From assembly GCA_964016885.1 (NCBI GenBank), contig OZ024757.1, positions 4,278,001 to 4,342,000 on the forward strand: 64,000 nt of DNA, read 5' to 3'. The notes beneath the pieces were generated by a model. That model had not been told where the DNA came from. It saw only the letters and a program-made list of their open reading frames with translations, and searched no databases. Origin of the DNA: Eledone cirrhosa. Its lineage: Eukaryota. The translations under genes were made by a program, and so were the position numbers. Position 1 is the stretch's first letter; every line of letters starts with the position of its first letter. This document shows, in pieces, positions 14,146 through 27,544 of this stretch.

Positions 14146-15208
14146 TCTACTATATAAATTGGAAGTGGTCGGATGTTGTATATTTAAGTAAGTATGTGTA
14201 GTCAGATAAACGTCGAAACGGCTTGGTGAAATGCAGCGAAAATTTACACAGTTATGCGGAATCATCCGAGGAGGCGTTGGTTCGACTTTAGGGTACAAGC
14301 TTCCATGGTTACGGAGAAAATCGATGAAACAGGAATTTCCCATTCAAATTGAACTGAGAGTAATCTGTGAACGCAGAAGTAAATATTTCGAGAAACGTTA
14401 CAACCGAAGGAAAACAGGAAGACGATATTTGGGTTCGTGAAGACGTTCCCTGGCAATGAACGGAAAAAAAGCGAGGATAATACGTCGTTATCTGAACAAT
14501 TTCATGGAAAGACAAGACCAAGTTTATGGTATAAATGGAGTCGTTAGACTAATATTCTATTTAACATAACAGAATAATTTCCAGCCTCGGAGTTTAAGAA
14601 AGATGTAAATAAAATTGAAAACGAAAATGACAGAGGTTATTAAAATAGTAAAAGTAAATAGTGAAGATTTAGGCCAGTACATACGTATGCCCCGACGGAC
14701 AAACACATACATACGCACACACAAATACATATCCCCCCCCCACACACACACACAAACACACGAGCGCGGGCGTGTATAAACCTTATGCAATTCTACAGTA
14801 TTTTCACCAAACTTAAGACATAGGTTACTTATGTACTCCGGATGGTCATGGGCACTTTCATTTTTACAGATATTGATTATAGGGCTTCCCGGCAGCTAAC
14901 CCCCTTTAACCACTTCCTTGGAGTCGACTGAAGCACTGCAGTGCAATGCAACAACACGTCATAACTTCTGGAGTTCGCAACCGATTTTCACAAAACTTGA
15001 CACATGGGCTACGTTTGTCCTAGAGATGAACGTGAACTCTCAGAATTGGCACATATTGAGTAAGGGACCCCTGGGGGTAGGAACCCTCTTTTGGAAAAAG
15101 CCGATGATTTTGTAAAAGTATAGTTTTTGAAGTAGCACTGAAGTATTGACATAAATGGTATACACAACAGCTATTTAATACCCGAGCAACGCCGGGTACC
15201 TCTGCTAG
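14146..15208 (+). mobile_element. Non-autonomous Helitron-like element
   Basis: 5' TCTACTATATAAA; 3' hairpin cccgagcaacgccggg followed by CTAG|T; related copies at 17740-18546 and 36020-36270. Confidence 0.7.
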
Positions 15209-15646
15209 TAGAATATAAAAGAAAAACGAACACAGACATTCAGATATATGTGTTCAAATCGTAAGGGACCTGATTCGCTAAGGTGACAAGAATACTAACT
15301 ATAGACAATTGGGTTCTTATAACAATATATATATATATATATATACAGTTCAAGAGTAACCAATCTTAAAGAGAGAGATGGAGATAGGAGAGGAGATATG
15401 AGGGGAGAGATTGGTGAATTAGTTAGAAGCCAAAGCGTAAAGACATGTGCTCAATGTGCAATATGCAGTAGAAAGTAGCTAGGTGGCTGGGTTCATGCAG
15501 AACTTAGGTGCGCAGAGCTGGAAATATTCATTATTTAAGCAAAACAAGACCACAAATTTCACAAGGAAAACATTATTAAAAGATTGTCAACATATTTAGT
15601 TTGATGTAAGGAATGTAGTGAATAATAATAATAATATTAATAATAA

Positions 15647-15827
15647 TTGTTTCTACGTTATGCACAAGGCCAGCAATTACCCAGTGCATTACTGGTACTT
15701 TATTTTATCGACCCCGTAAGGATGAAAGGCAAAGTTAACCTTGGCGGGATTTGAACTCAGAATGGCAAGGGCCGTAACTATATACGTCAAAGCATGGCGT
15801 CCGACCCTCTACCAATACTGCCAATCC
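15647..15827 (-). mobile_element. tRNA-derived SINE (octopod-type)
   Basis: A box tggcagtattgg, B box gagttcaaatcc, core gcctttcatccttacggggtcgataaaataaagtaccag, (ATT)n tail. Confidence 0.85.
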
Positions 15828-15829
15828 AC

Positions 15830-17355
15830 AGTTTACAATTGTTTCGCTACTCCGTATAATATTTCTTGATCAGATGACTATATATCATAATTTATCTAGT
15901 TCAGTTGAAAATAATTAACATATTTAAAAAACAGAGCGGCTCATCGGAACTTCAAAGGAATATAAATTAAAATAATGAGAGAATGTTACATAATGTAATG
16001 TTCCATATATTCGTTTTTCACTATGGTGTCTTGGTTGCATCAGTTGTCAGCCATAATCAACCAGTATTCTTCTGTCGAGGCTGCATTGTGTGAGATCTGC
16101 CTATGGGTAACAAGATGGCCGCCAATGGACATATTTACCTTACTAATTAGAGGGTGGTTTCAGGGGAAGTAACTCCTCGAGAGATTAGAAATTGTGGGTA
16201 GTTTATAGTTAAGTGCTAATTTTTAAATTTTTTAATTGAGAGACAATGTAGGGGAGGTAACTTATAATTATCTAAGTTAGTCATAGCTATTTAACTTATT
16301 AGCTACAAGTAAAAAAGTTGGGTCAAATATTCTATTGGCGAATGAATTAGCCCTTCGATGTTGACAGCTAATAGTTACCTCCGTTCTATCGTTAATCGGT
16401 AGAGGTCGTGATAGACTTATGTAATATGCTTCTGTAATACAGAGATCACAAGATTTTCTTCGTCCATTGAACGTTTGGGCCCTAGCCACGATATCCAATT
16501 TTAGTGAGTGTTGAACGTTGCTTAATTTAAGGTTTTTAATGAGCCTAGCTAGCGATGTCGAACATCCGTTGTTAGGGTTTCGGAAGGAAAAAGAGTGCGC
16601 GTTATAGCGTACCTTAAAAGGGTTAGAGGTAGACCCGATATAAGAGCTGGTATTCGAAGCAGTTTTAACCGTGCACCTATAGACTATGTTAGGTGTCAGG
16701 CAGTGACCATTTAATGGGCATGCATTAGGGTAACGGCAGTTGCAGTTCTTTCTGCGGTTAGTGAGAGTAGGGTAGTTTAACCTAAGCGGCAGGTCAGTGC
16801 TAGAAGGATTAGATGGGGGAGGTGTGCTACTAGAGTAATTATTGGTGTAGTGGCGTGGTGTATTTGATAGGGGTGGTGGTACCGCGGTGTGGGAGTTATA
16901 CTGTCTTAGTTTATGATGGTTACTGAATGCGATGTGGCTAGCTAGGTTAGGTGTTGTGGAGAATGAGATTTTAATGTTATTTTTATTAAAAAGTTTGTAA
17001 TATCTATGGTTTGGGGGGTGTTTAGATAGGATAGAGCGGAAGCGTTTAGGGATATTAGTGGCTAGATTAGATGAGAAGGGGGGTTAAGCCAGTTGATATT
17101 TCTAGGTCTATTCCTTCTAGGGATTCTAGTGGAGTTGGTAGGGGCCTTCCTAGGGTTATTATTACCTGGGGATGTGTTATTTGTCATCCCATTTCTCATT
17201 CCTATTCTAGGGTTGATTTTTAGTTTGCTACTTGGGGAGCAGGCCGCTGCCACCATTAAACTTCCCTGTATAGGTGCTCTTACTGCTAAAATTCCGGCGA
17301 ACCTGGCTATAGGCTAAGGTATTTCTAGTTTTAGTGTTAAGTTTATTATGGTGAA
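15830..17355 (-). mobile_element. 5'-truncated Naiad-type PLE: GIY-YIG endonuclease, 3' UTR and HHR
   Basis: Hand translation gives CNCRYPNACPLNGHCLTPNIVY..SYIGSTSNPFKVRYNAH..CDLC..E..CQHR, ending at 16277. HHR variant (CCGATGA core) at 15830-15951. Confidence 0.85.
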
Positions 17356-17584
17356 TTGCTTCGTAAAGACCTGAAAATCCGCCTCTTCATTGCTGTAGTG
17401 GTGTCTGTGCTGCTGTACGGGTCTGAGACTTGGACACTGACCAAGAAACCCACTGAGATGGTGGATGGGTGCTACACGAGAATGCTGCGGATGGCTGTGA
17501 ACATTAATCACTATACACTGCGGATGAAAAACTCAGAGCTGTATGGGAGCCTCCCAAAAGTCAGCTCAAAAGTGACACAGAGGA

Positions 17585-17587
<3 letters not shown>
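17356..17587 (+). pseudogene. RTE-clade LINE ORF C-terminal fragment
   Basis: LKIRLF..VLLYGSETWTLTK..DGCYTRMLRM. Confidence 0.8.
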
Positions 17588-17666
<79 letters not shown>

Positions 17667-17669
17667 ATA

Positions 17670-18546
17670 AGAACAGATTAAAGTTTAAGCAAAGAATTGC
17701 TGCTTTCAACATTAACGGGATCTTCTGAAACTAAAAAATTCAATCTGTGAACACAGAAGTAAATATTTCAAAGGAAAACTGGAAGACGATACTTTGGTTC
17801 GTGAAGACATTCCCTGGCAATGAACGGAAAACAAGCGAGTATAATACGTCGTTATGTGGACCGAGAAGAACAATTTCATGCAAAGACAAGACCAAGTTTA
17901 TGGTGTAAATGGAGTCGTTAGACTAATGTTCTATTTAAAATAACCGAATGATTTCCAGCCCCGGAGTTTAAGAATGATGTAAATAAAATTGTAAAAGAAA
18001 ATGACAGAGGTTATTAAAATAGTAAAAGTAAATAGCCGACGGACATACACATACATATACATACGCACACACAAATACATACACGCACACAAACACACAC
18101 ATAAAAGCGCGTGCGTGCGCGTGTGCGTGTAAACGTTATGCATTTCTACAGCATTTTCACCAAACTTAAGACATAGGTTACTTATGTACTCAGGATGGTC
18201 ATGGACACTTTCATTTTTCCAGATATTGATTATAGGGCCTCCCGGCAGATAACCCCCTTTAACCGCTTTCTTGGAAGCAGTGCAATGCAACAAAACGTCA
18301 TAACTTCTGGAGTTCGCAACCGATTTTCAAAAAACTTGACACATGGGCTACGTTTGTTCTACAGATGAATGTGAACTCTCAGAATTGGCACATATTGAGT
18401 ATGGGACCCCTGGTGGTAGGAACTCCCTTTTGGAAAAAGCCGATGATTTTGTAAAAGTATAGTTTCGAAGCAGCACAGAAGTATTGACATAAATGGTATA
18501 CATAACTGCTATTTAATACCCGAGCAACGCGGGGTACCTCTGCTAG
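17670..18546 (+). mobile_element. Helitron-like 3' part fused to a degenerate HHR-like end
   Basis: 17740-18546 is homologous to 14362-15208, ending in hairpin plus CTAG; 17670-17732 matches the arm at 39370-39445. Confidence 0.65.
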
Positions 18547-18561
18547 TATATATATATATGT

Positions 18562-19393
18562 GTGTGTGTGTTGTGATACTTTGGGTGTGTCATGCTGCCA
18601 ATAAAAACACACGCACCTGTTGGTTTTCACTTCAATTTATTATAAATTTCCATTGGTTCGGTAACCGGATGGTTGTTTATATATTGTCAAGCCCTTCGTC
18701 ACACATGCTGTGACCTCCCCAGTGACTGGGATTTTATTTTCTGCCTCTCCTTTGTTCTGTCCTAACCCATCTTGTTTTTGTGTGTTGTGTGTTTGGTTTG
18801 CGCATGCGTTACATCCGGTTGTGTGTGTGTATTTTTTTTTATTTATTTATGTGTTAATTTACTTGTCACTAGCTGGTTGTTTGTTCTATGTGTGTGTGTC
18901 TGATTTAATTTTTATCTCTATCTTTTCTAATGTGCCCCTATGTTCTATTTTGACATGTTGGTGGAGTACTGATGAGTTTTTCCCATCCTGGAATTCTCGC
19001 CAGTGTTCACTTATCATTTCTCGTATGCTACGGCTGTTTCACCAATGTATGTTATATTCTTATTCCTACATCGTCCCTCAGTAAATCCTTTGCAGTTAGT
19101 TTGTGGGCTCAGCTTGCAGACTATGCATTTCCTATCAGCACAGGGGGATCTTTTAAATGGGTATGTTTACTAATTTTTTTTTTATGGGAATACCTGTTCT
19201 TTCAACTACCTTAATATTTAATTTGAGCTTGTCTAGGGCCCTTCTAAATCTATAAGCTAGTTCCCCTCTATGGCTTGTGTTGACGAACATTGCACTCTGG
19301 TATTTATTGCTATCATACCATGAGTTTATTTTATTTGCCTTATTCCTCATCCTTTCTATTCTGTTCCAAAATTTGCTCCTATACACGGGGCAA
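18562..19393 (-). mobile_element. Decayed 3' fragment of a Neptune/Nematis-type PLE with pLTR
   Basis: YRSKFWNRIER..SWYDSNKYQS homologous to ORF 44286; HHR core mutated (CTGGGGA). Confidence 0.8.
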
Positions 19394-19540
19394 GTATATT
19401 TATGTATGAATATACGTATGTATATTTATATATAAATATGTATGTATATTTATATATAAATATGTATGTATGTATGTATCTATACATATATATAAAACTG
19501 TAGCTGTCTGTGTGTGTGGGGGGGTCCTCGTTTTTGAAGA

Positions 19541-20205
19541 ACTGTAAGGAGGGTGAAGAACTTTAACACTGAAATAGCTGTCATACCTGGTGGACTTCTC
19601 AGTTACAACCCCTTGATGGTTCGCTCGGGGTGCCTGGGTCTGCCGCCCTCCTTGAGTGCTTGAAAATAGATTAAAGTTTCCTTTTCTTCAGTATATTAGT
19701 AACTCACTCAATAAGCAGTACATCCCGCTACCCGCTTAGCTGACAGGAAAGATCTGATGTAGATGATCAGGGACGACATAACAACAACAGGCTGCTACTA
19801 TCGTCTCTGAGTCTAAAACAAAAACACTCTTTTTCCTTCTCAGTTTTTTCTTTGCTTTTTTCCTTAAAGCTTCTTGGAATGTGTTTACCATCATTCTGTT
19901 TGTGTACAACTATTATGCAATTTACACCTGAAGATGTCACCGAGTTCTTACGCCAACTAGCCACTGAAATGTACATGGTGTTTGTAGGAATAAATAATTC
20001 AGGAAATTCAACCTGTCTGGCGTCCTGTCATTTTACTTAATATATCTAACTCCGTTCCCGTACCACCAGCATGATTCAACATCAAAGATGGTTGAGTTGC
20101 ATAAGGTCGAGTGCTTTTCTCATATTACGTCATGATTAACATTGCAATATGACCAATTCTATCCAGTGGTAAACCACCAAATTTAAACGTATATCTACTT
20201 ATATA
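19541..20205 (+). mobile_element. Non-coding HHR-like element with tail (copy 2 of 2)
   Basis: Near-identical to 10908-11572. Confidence 0.75.
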
Positions 20206-20620
20206 TATAACCAGCAATCTCTCTGTCTGTCTGTCCGACAGTGGAAACACGTGCATAGAGAGTGAGTGAGAGTGAAAGAAAGAGACAGACTACGAGAGAG
20301 GGATAGCGGGAGGGAGAGAGGGAGAGAGAGTGAATAAACGCTAAAACACGTGCTTCAGAAATATTACCTTCCCCTCTCCACTGACTTTGGTCACTGAGGC
20401 CGAGGGAATCGCTGGTTGCTATAGAGACACCTTGCACAAGCCAGAAGTAACCAATTCGAGGCGGTTCTGACTTGATACCATGCGAAGAAGGTTGCCATTG
20501 AATTTGTGGTTGTTGCTGCTGATAATAAGGATGTGGAGTCCTTCGTTTATCTGGGCTCAACGGTGGTTCCAACGGGACAGGGCGCAGCCGAGGTCAAATG
20601 TATATATATATATATATATA

Positions 20621-20830
20621 TGCAGAAGTTATATTTAATTTGTTGAGATTCCAACAAGCTTAAAAGTTTATAACTGACATAAAGCACTCAACAGTTTACT
20701 GGAGTAAATATTCAATATATTATTAAATGGAAACTATATTTATAAAACCATAATTATTTTATTATATATATTTCAAGGACAACCAAGGCATTCTTGGTGC
20801 GCTTTCAGCAGATAAAATACAAGATTTGTT
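20621..20830 (-). mobile_element. Solo Naiad-type pLTR end with HHR variant and tail
   Basis: Homologous to 50840-51045. HHR at 20755-20819 has core CTGCTGA and stem I TATTTTAT/ATAAAATA. Confidence 0.7.
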
Positions 20831-21234
20831 TTATATATATGTATATATGTATATGCATGTTTAAATGTATAAATATGTATATATATATATTTATATATAT
20901 ATTTATATATATGTTATTTTATATGTATATATATGTATATATATGTATATATATGTATATATATATATGTATAAATGAATGTATATATGCATATATGTAT
21001 ATATGTATATATATGCATATATATATATCTATATATGTGTGTGTATATATGTATATATATGTATATATATATGTGTGTATATATGTATATATATATATGT
21101 GTATATATGTATATATGTGTGTATATATGTATATGTATATATGTGTATATATGTATATGTGTATATATATGTATATATGTATATATGTATATATGTATAT
21201 ATATGCATATATATATATACATATATACATATAT

Positions 21235-21530
21235 ACTGAGGATGACGAACTCAGAGCTGTATGGGAGCCTCCCAAAGGTCAGCTCAAAAGGAGTCTGAGG
21301 TTGGCTGGACATGCTCACCGACATCCAGAGTTGACATTGCACTCAGTGCTCCTGTGGGAGCCCCTGCATGGACTAACTGGAAGAGGAAGACCAAGGTTAA
21401 TGTATGTTGATGCCGTAAGGACAGACACTGGTCTGTTGGAGACGCAGGACATAGCAGCGATAATGAGGGACAGAGTCCGCTGGGGAGAACTCGTCCATGG
21501 ATCTCAGGAATTTTTTCCCGCCCTATATAG
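21235..21530 (+). pseudogene. RTE-clade LINE 3' fragment
   Basis: [30 protein letters not shown]. Confidence 0.8.
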
Positions 21531-21639
21531 ATAGATATGTATATATGTATATATATGTATTATATGCATACATATATTACATATGCATACATATGTAATA
21601 TATGTATATATGTATTATATATATATATATATGTATGTA

Positions 21640-21963
<324 letters not shown>

Positions 21964-22002
21964 GCAATGTAACAGGAGCACCACTGACGATGTTGGAAAT
22001 AA

Positions 22003-22082
22003 GCTGTCTGAAGATCCATTTCTTTCCATTGGAAATTCTCTGGATTTCCAATTTTTAGAATGGTGAAACCGTCGGTAACAGC
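22003..22082 (+). ncRNA. Type I hammerhead ribozyme
   Basis: Stem I GCTGT/ACAGC; CTGAAGA; long stem II (ccattt-ct..agaatgg, ttggaaat/atttccaa); GAAA; stem III ACC/GGT; GUA cleavage triplet. Confidence 0.85.
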
Positions 22083-22154
22083 AATAGAACAGGTGATTAT
22101 TAAAATCGTTTTTTAATTTATTTAGAGAATTGTTTGATAACCGCTTGCTCCGAT

Positions 22155-22242
<88 letters not shown>

Positions 22243-22243
<1 letters not shown>

Positions 22244-22922
22244 TAGTATAAAAACGAAAAATCAGTGATGCATCTGGACTCAATTTATTGCGTGTTACAA
22301 TTGTTTCGCCGGCAAGTAGCTCGAGACATGGTCCCTGTATGGATCTGGCTGATTCTACAGCTGCAGGTTCCTTCAGACACGGGTAGTTCGTTCGGAGTGT
22401 TATCATAAAAAAAACACCTTCAAAAAACCTCTTCCACTCTTGTCATGTCATTGGCTGTTGTTACTCCACGTCATCTTAAGTTCTGGTCACTATTTTCTGC
22501 TACACGGGTCATCAGCCATTTTCCGTCCGACACACTTCATAGGAGTCATGCTGGGTTCGGTATCTCACACGTCTGTTCACACTCCAGAGTATGTACCCAC
22601 ACATACATATACACACACATATACACACACAGGTAGGTACAGACACATGCGTGCATACACATATGTACGCATAAACGTAGACACACACACACCCACATAT
22701 ATATATATATATATACACACAGCCGTAGAATCAGCCAGATCCATACAGGGACCATGTCTCGAGCTACCTGCCGGCGAAACATTGTAAAACGCAATAAATT
22801 GAGTCCAGATACATCACTGATTATTCGTTTTTTTATACTATCCACACTTTACTCTGTTGAATATTGAGTGCTAATTTTGGCATAGCGCCTATGGAAGCAC
22901 CATAGCTACCATTATACACAAG

Positions 22923-22923
<1 letters not shown>
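22243..22923. mobile_element. Fold-back element with tail, in (TA)n
   Basis: Arms 22243-22362 and 22721-22841; HHR-like on the minus strand at 22291-22381; tail as in 12657-12738. Confidence 0.85.
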
Positions 22924-23003
<80 letters not shown>

Positions 23004-23140
23004 TACATATATATATACATATAATACACACATATATATATATACATATAATATATATATATATATGCATATAATACATATATGTATGTATGCATGTATG
23101 TATATATATGTGTATTATATGTATATGTATATATATATAT

Positions 23141-25106
23141 TTGTTTTGCGAGGTTTTTGATATGAAATCGTGTGTCGAAACAGATATTGTTATATTTGGG
23201 GAGGGTCATATTGTAATAATATTGCCAGAATTAATAACAGAACACACTCACTGTTTGGTTGGTTTTCGATTCTGTATCTTGTATATCAGTTAATTCATTC
23301 GGTCCTCAATTACTTACCATTGACTGACCTACGGTCAAAAATACAGATATAATATAGACACAAACACATATATATAGTCTAACAAAATTATTTCGTTGCA
23401 CATCTTCAACATCGTCTGTGGTGCTATTATGTTCCTCCTGTTGTATTGTATATTTACGCCATCTTTATTTTATCTGCTTATTTATATATTTATTTATATT
23501 TCTCTTAGGTCAGTGTTGTTTGTTTGGGTGTTGTTATTCCATTCATTTTTTCTGTTTAGCTTTGACCTAAGTTCTATTTCATTGGCCTCTCTGATTTTCC
23601 TATCTGCTGGGTCATTTCTATGTTTAGATATTATTTTAATTTTTATGTTGTCTATGTTACCGTCATGTTGTTTTCTGGCGTCTTCGTATAGTACTGAACC
23701 GTTTTTTCGTCCTTTTAGTTCCCCCCAGTGTTGGACTATCATTTCACCTATGCTACAAGCTGTCTCGCCTATGTATGTTGTTGTCATGTTTCTGTAAGTA
23801 CCCTCTGTATATCTTATGCTATAGACAACGCTTCTAGTTTTCCAGTTTATCCGGGGGTTTACTTTACATATAATACAATTCCTATCAGTACAGTAGGGTT
23901 TCTTAAAAGGCTGTGTTTTGCTTATCAGGGATTTTATGGTAGTTCCTGGCTTTTCTACCACTTTAATCTTTAAGTGGGTTTTTCTCAGAGCCTTTCTACA
24001 CTGGTTAGCTAATTTCCCTCCAGGGGTGGCGTCCACGAACATGACACTCTGGTATCTCTGGTTATCGTACAATGAGGTGGCTTTCCCTATCTTATGTTTA
24101 GTCCTATCTAAGCTATTCCATGATTTGCTCCTGTATAATGGGCAAATTCCTTTCATGTCCAGTTATATGAGGTTCTTATACTTCTCCATGGCTCCTTCGT
24201 ATACACTGATTCTGTCTCTTTGGTTGTAGCCAGAGAACTGCATGCGGTTGATGAAGTGTTGGAGGTGTCTTTCCATTTCTGTTGGGTAGCACATGCGGGA
24301 CACGTTCTTCATCACTCGTATCAGGTATTTAGAGGCCATGGGTTTAGCGTAGTGTGAGTGGAGAATTTGGGCCCTCTCGTCTATAGTGTTAATCCAGAGT
24401 TCCGTGTCTAATAAGGGTAGTCTACTGTTAGGGTGTTAGGAATGTAAGTCGATAGTTACAGTTATACTCTGGTGTATGGAATTAGCTATCTGCTGGATGC
24501 TTTCCATTGTGCTACGTTCTAAATCAAACTTGTTAGTGCTCTCTAGTGGGGATGTTCTTATAACTATATTGATATCGTCTACGTAACGAGAGTACATGAT
24601 GAGGTCTATGGAGCTCTCATTAAGGAAATCTTTAAGTCTCCTTTCCCACCATACCATAAAAAGGTTGGCAACGTCACCAGCTATGCTGACGCCAATGGAT
24701 GTTCCCTCATTTTGGGTGTAGTTCTTCTCGTTGAATTTGAATATGTGGCCCTTTAGGGTAGTTTTAATACTAGCCTCTATCGCATGCGCGACCATTTTTC
24801 TTACCTTATCATTGTTTTGGGGAGTCCGTATGGCTTTGGTCCACCCAACCCACCTTCCCACGGGAGTCCGTTTTGCCATTGAGGTTATGGTGGGGGGTGT
24901 ATACCTCTTATGGGTCTACTGGGGCAGAAACGGTTAAGGTCATGGCTGTCTAGGTAGTCGGTGACATAGGTAAGTCTAAGTGGGAGGCCCAGTTCATTTG
25001 TGTCGACATCGCAGAACTCCACCTCACTCTCATGATCATTTCCACACATCTTTCCACATCAAAATCAATGTTAATCGATGGGTACAGTGATACCATGTCC
25101 ATACTG

Positions 25107-25108
<2 letters not shown>
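23141..25108 (-). mobile_element. 5'-truncated, frameshifted PLE (RT plus GIY-YIG) with pLTR and tail
   Basis: GSMDMVSLYPSI, YSRYVDDINI, VVYSI..YIGETA; same family as 57842-61742. Confidence 0.9.
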
Positions 25109-25175
<67 letters not shown>

Positions 25176-25381
25176 ACGTATATATATATATACAGTGGCG
25201 GACTGGATCTAAAAATATTGGTTGCCAGTAGATGAAGTGGGCCCACCTACATATAGAATGCTATTATTTAATTTTTATAATGAATAAATAACATTTTCGA
25301 AAAATACATAAGTGGAAACAAAACAATGCAATCAAATTTTTGCAGAAAAAATCTTACTTTCTCCAATAAAAAATATTATTT

Positions 25382-25841
25382 AATGACCAGAAGTCGACCC
25401 TAAATATTACTAAAAGCTCTAGGAAAGCCATGAACGACACCACATCTTTTTAACTTTGATTTTGAAAGTAGGTTTATAATTATCAATTTTTATTATAGTA
25501 GTTGTCTCTGTGGCCTAGTTGGAGGAATCATAGACGGTGATGATCCTGGTCTGAAGTTCGATCCTGGTCGGGAGTAGGGTTCCTGGTAAAGCTTTTACAG
25601 TTATTTTCTATTGGTTTTAAAAGAAAAACTGAAAAAGGTTACATGTATCTCTTGACCAGAATTGAACCCAATGTCATGATCTCCACCGTCTCTACCACTA
25701 AGCCACACAGACAACTATGAAAATCTTTTGAAAATTCATACTTATAAACCTACTTCCAAATTTTCAAAACAAAATGATGTGGTGTCGTTCATGTCTTTCG
25801 TAATGTTATTGCTCCAATTTAAGGTCGACTTCTAAATCATT
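25382..25841. mobile_element. Old imperfect inverted-repeat element with two convergent tRNA-like heads
   Basis: Arms pair (agaagtcgacc/ggtcgacttct, catgaacgacaccacatc/gatgtggtgtcgttcatg, aagtaggtttataa/ttataaacctactt); A and B boxes on both strands. Confidence 0.65.
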
Positions 25842-25899
25842 TGGGTGTTCCATAAACTACATCCTCGTTTATATATATATGTATTATATATATATATAT

Positions 25900-25971
<72 letters not shown>

Positions 25972-25992
25972 ATGTATACAGAGTGAGAGAGA

Positions 25993-26057
<65 letters not shown>

Positions 26058-26060
<3 letters not shown>

Positions 26061-26284
26061 AAAGACTGGAAGGTAATATCCGTAGTGGTAGAGCACTCAG
26101 TCCATGGGACGAGCTAGGTAGAAGTAGTAACACAACAGTTAGTTCACCATACCGAGAACATCTGTTTCACCTTAGCGGATCTTCAGCTCGTACTCAGCTG
26201 AAGATGTATGTACGTGCTGAAGATCCGCTAAGGTGAAACAATTGTTCTCGGTATGGTGAACTAACTGTTATGTTACCACTTTTA
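26058..26284. mobile_element. Fold-back element with paired outward HHRs and tail
   Basis: Arms 26119-26193 and 26210-26284; consensus of the two arms is CGAG-CTGAAGA-tccgctaaggt-GAAA-CAATTG-TT-CTCG. Confidence 0.8.
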
Positions 26285-26291
26285 TATATAT

Positions 26292-27200
26292 ACTAGCATT
26301 AACGCCCGGCGTTGCTCGGGGTCAGTAAGTTACCAAAGTTAGGTTGCACCACCCATTTTATGGCAGCACTTTTTTGTCTGCCAGGCACTGGGTGAATGAA
26401 TTGCAGACCTGGACTGCCGAAGCAGGAACTGCGCCAGCAGTGACAATTGTAGTTTCGCCTATGGATATTATCGTACCAATAAGGAAACGTACTTCATTAA
26501 CAAATTCCAACCTCTACTTAATGGAGTAAACTTCGGACTAAACTAAAACTGGAACGAACAATGAACCAAAACCAAATTCGTATGTTCTCTAAAGAGTTAC
26601 ATCCCTCGCACCCTACCTAATCCTTTTTCTTATATATATGAATTAACCCCTCTCATTTCTCTCTCTCCCTACCTGACCACCCTGAATTACCTGCCTCTGC
26701 ATATTAACTCTCTAAAAAGGGAAATCATATCAAACCCCAGACTACCATTTACCTCCATCATGGATCAACTAAGCGCTCTTTCCATAATAACACATTTTGA
26801 ATTCCTTATCCTCAAGAACTATGCCTGTAAATAATATCATTCTTTCTTTCACATTACCTTATCATGTTCCACATCACCCCTTTTTTTCTTTTTTCTTTTT
26901 ACTTCAAAAACCTTGTTTGTAAATAATATCATTCTTTCTTCTCCATTTCCTTAACATGTTCAACACCACATTATTTTCTCTCCAACATTTAAACACCAAT
27001 ACAAATTCCCCCCTTTGATAATGTATAAAATGATGAAACCGGTAATAGACAATTATTAAATATATAAATAAATAAATAAATGCCATTGTTAATTAATAAA
27101 TAAATTAACTAATACCTTAACACTTCACACAAAGTAAAATATTTTGTTTTAAATATTTTCTAACCCCCCAAAAAGAGAAGAAAATAAAAGGAAACAAATA
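26292..27200 (-). mobile_element. Helitron-like element, 3' end at 26292 (other boundary uncertain)
   Basis: Reverse strand reads cccgagcaacgccgggcgttaatgCTAG|T. Confidence 0.5.
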
Positions 27201-27255
27201 TTATTTTCTTGCTAATAATCGTATTTTTCTCCCTATTTTCATATACATATATATA

Positions 27256-27347
<92 letters not shown>

Positions 27348-27472
27348 CGTGTGTGTGTATATATATGAATATATATGAATATATGTATATGTATATATAT
27401 ATATCTATGTATATATATATATATATATGTAATATATATGTATGTATATATAAGTATATATATACATATATG

Positions 27473-27506
<34 letters not shown>

Positions 27507-27544
27507 TATACGTATGTATATATATATGTATGTATATATATACT

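Noticed and set aside
25193-25250. hAT-like terminus CAGTGGCGGACTGG
   Set aside because: I found no partner TIR or TSD.
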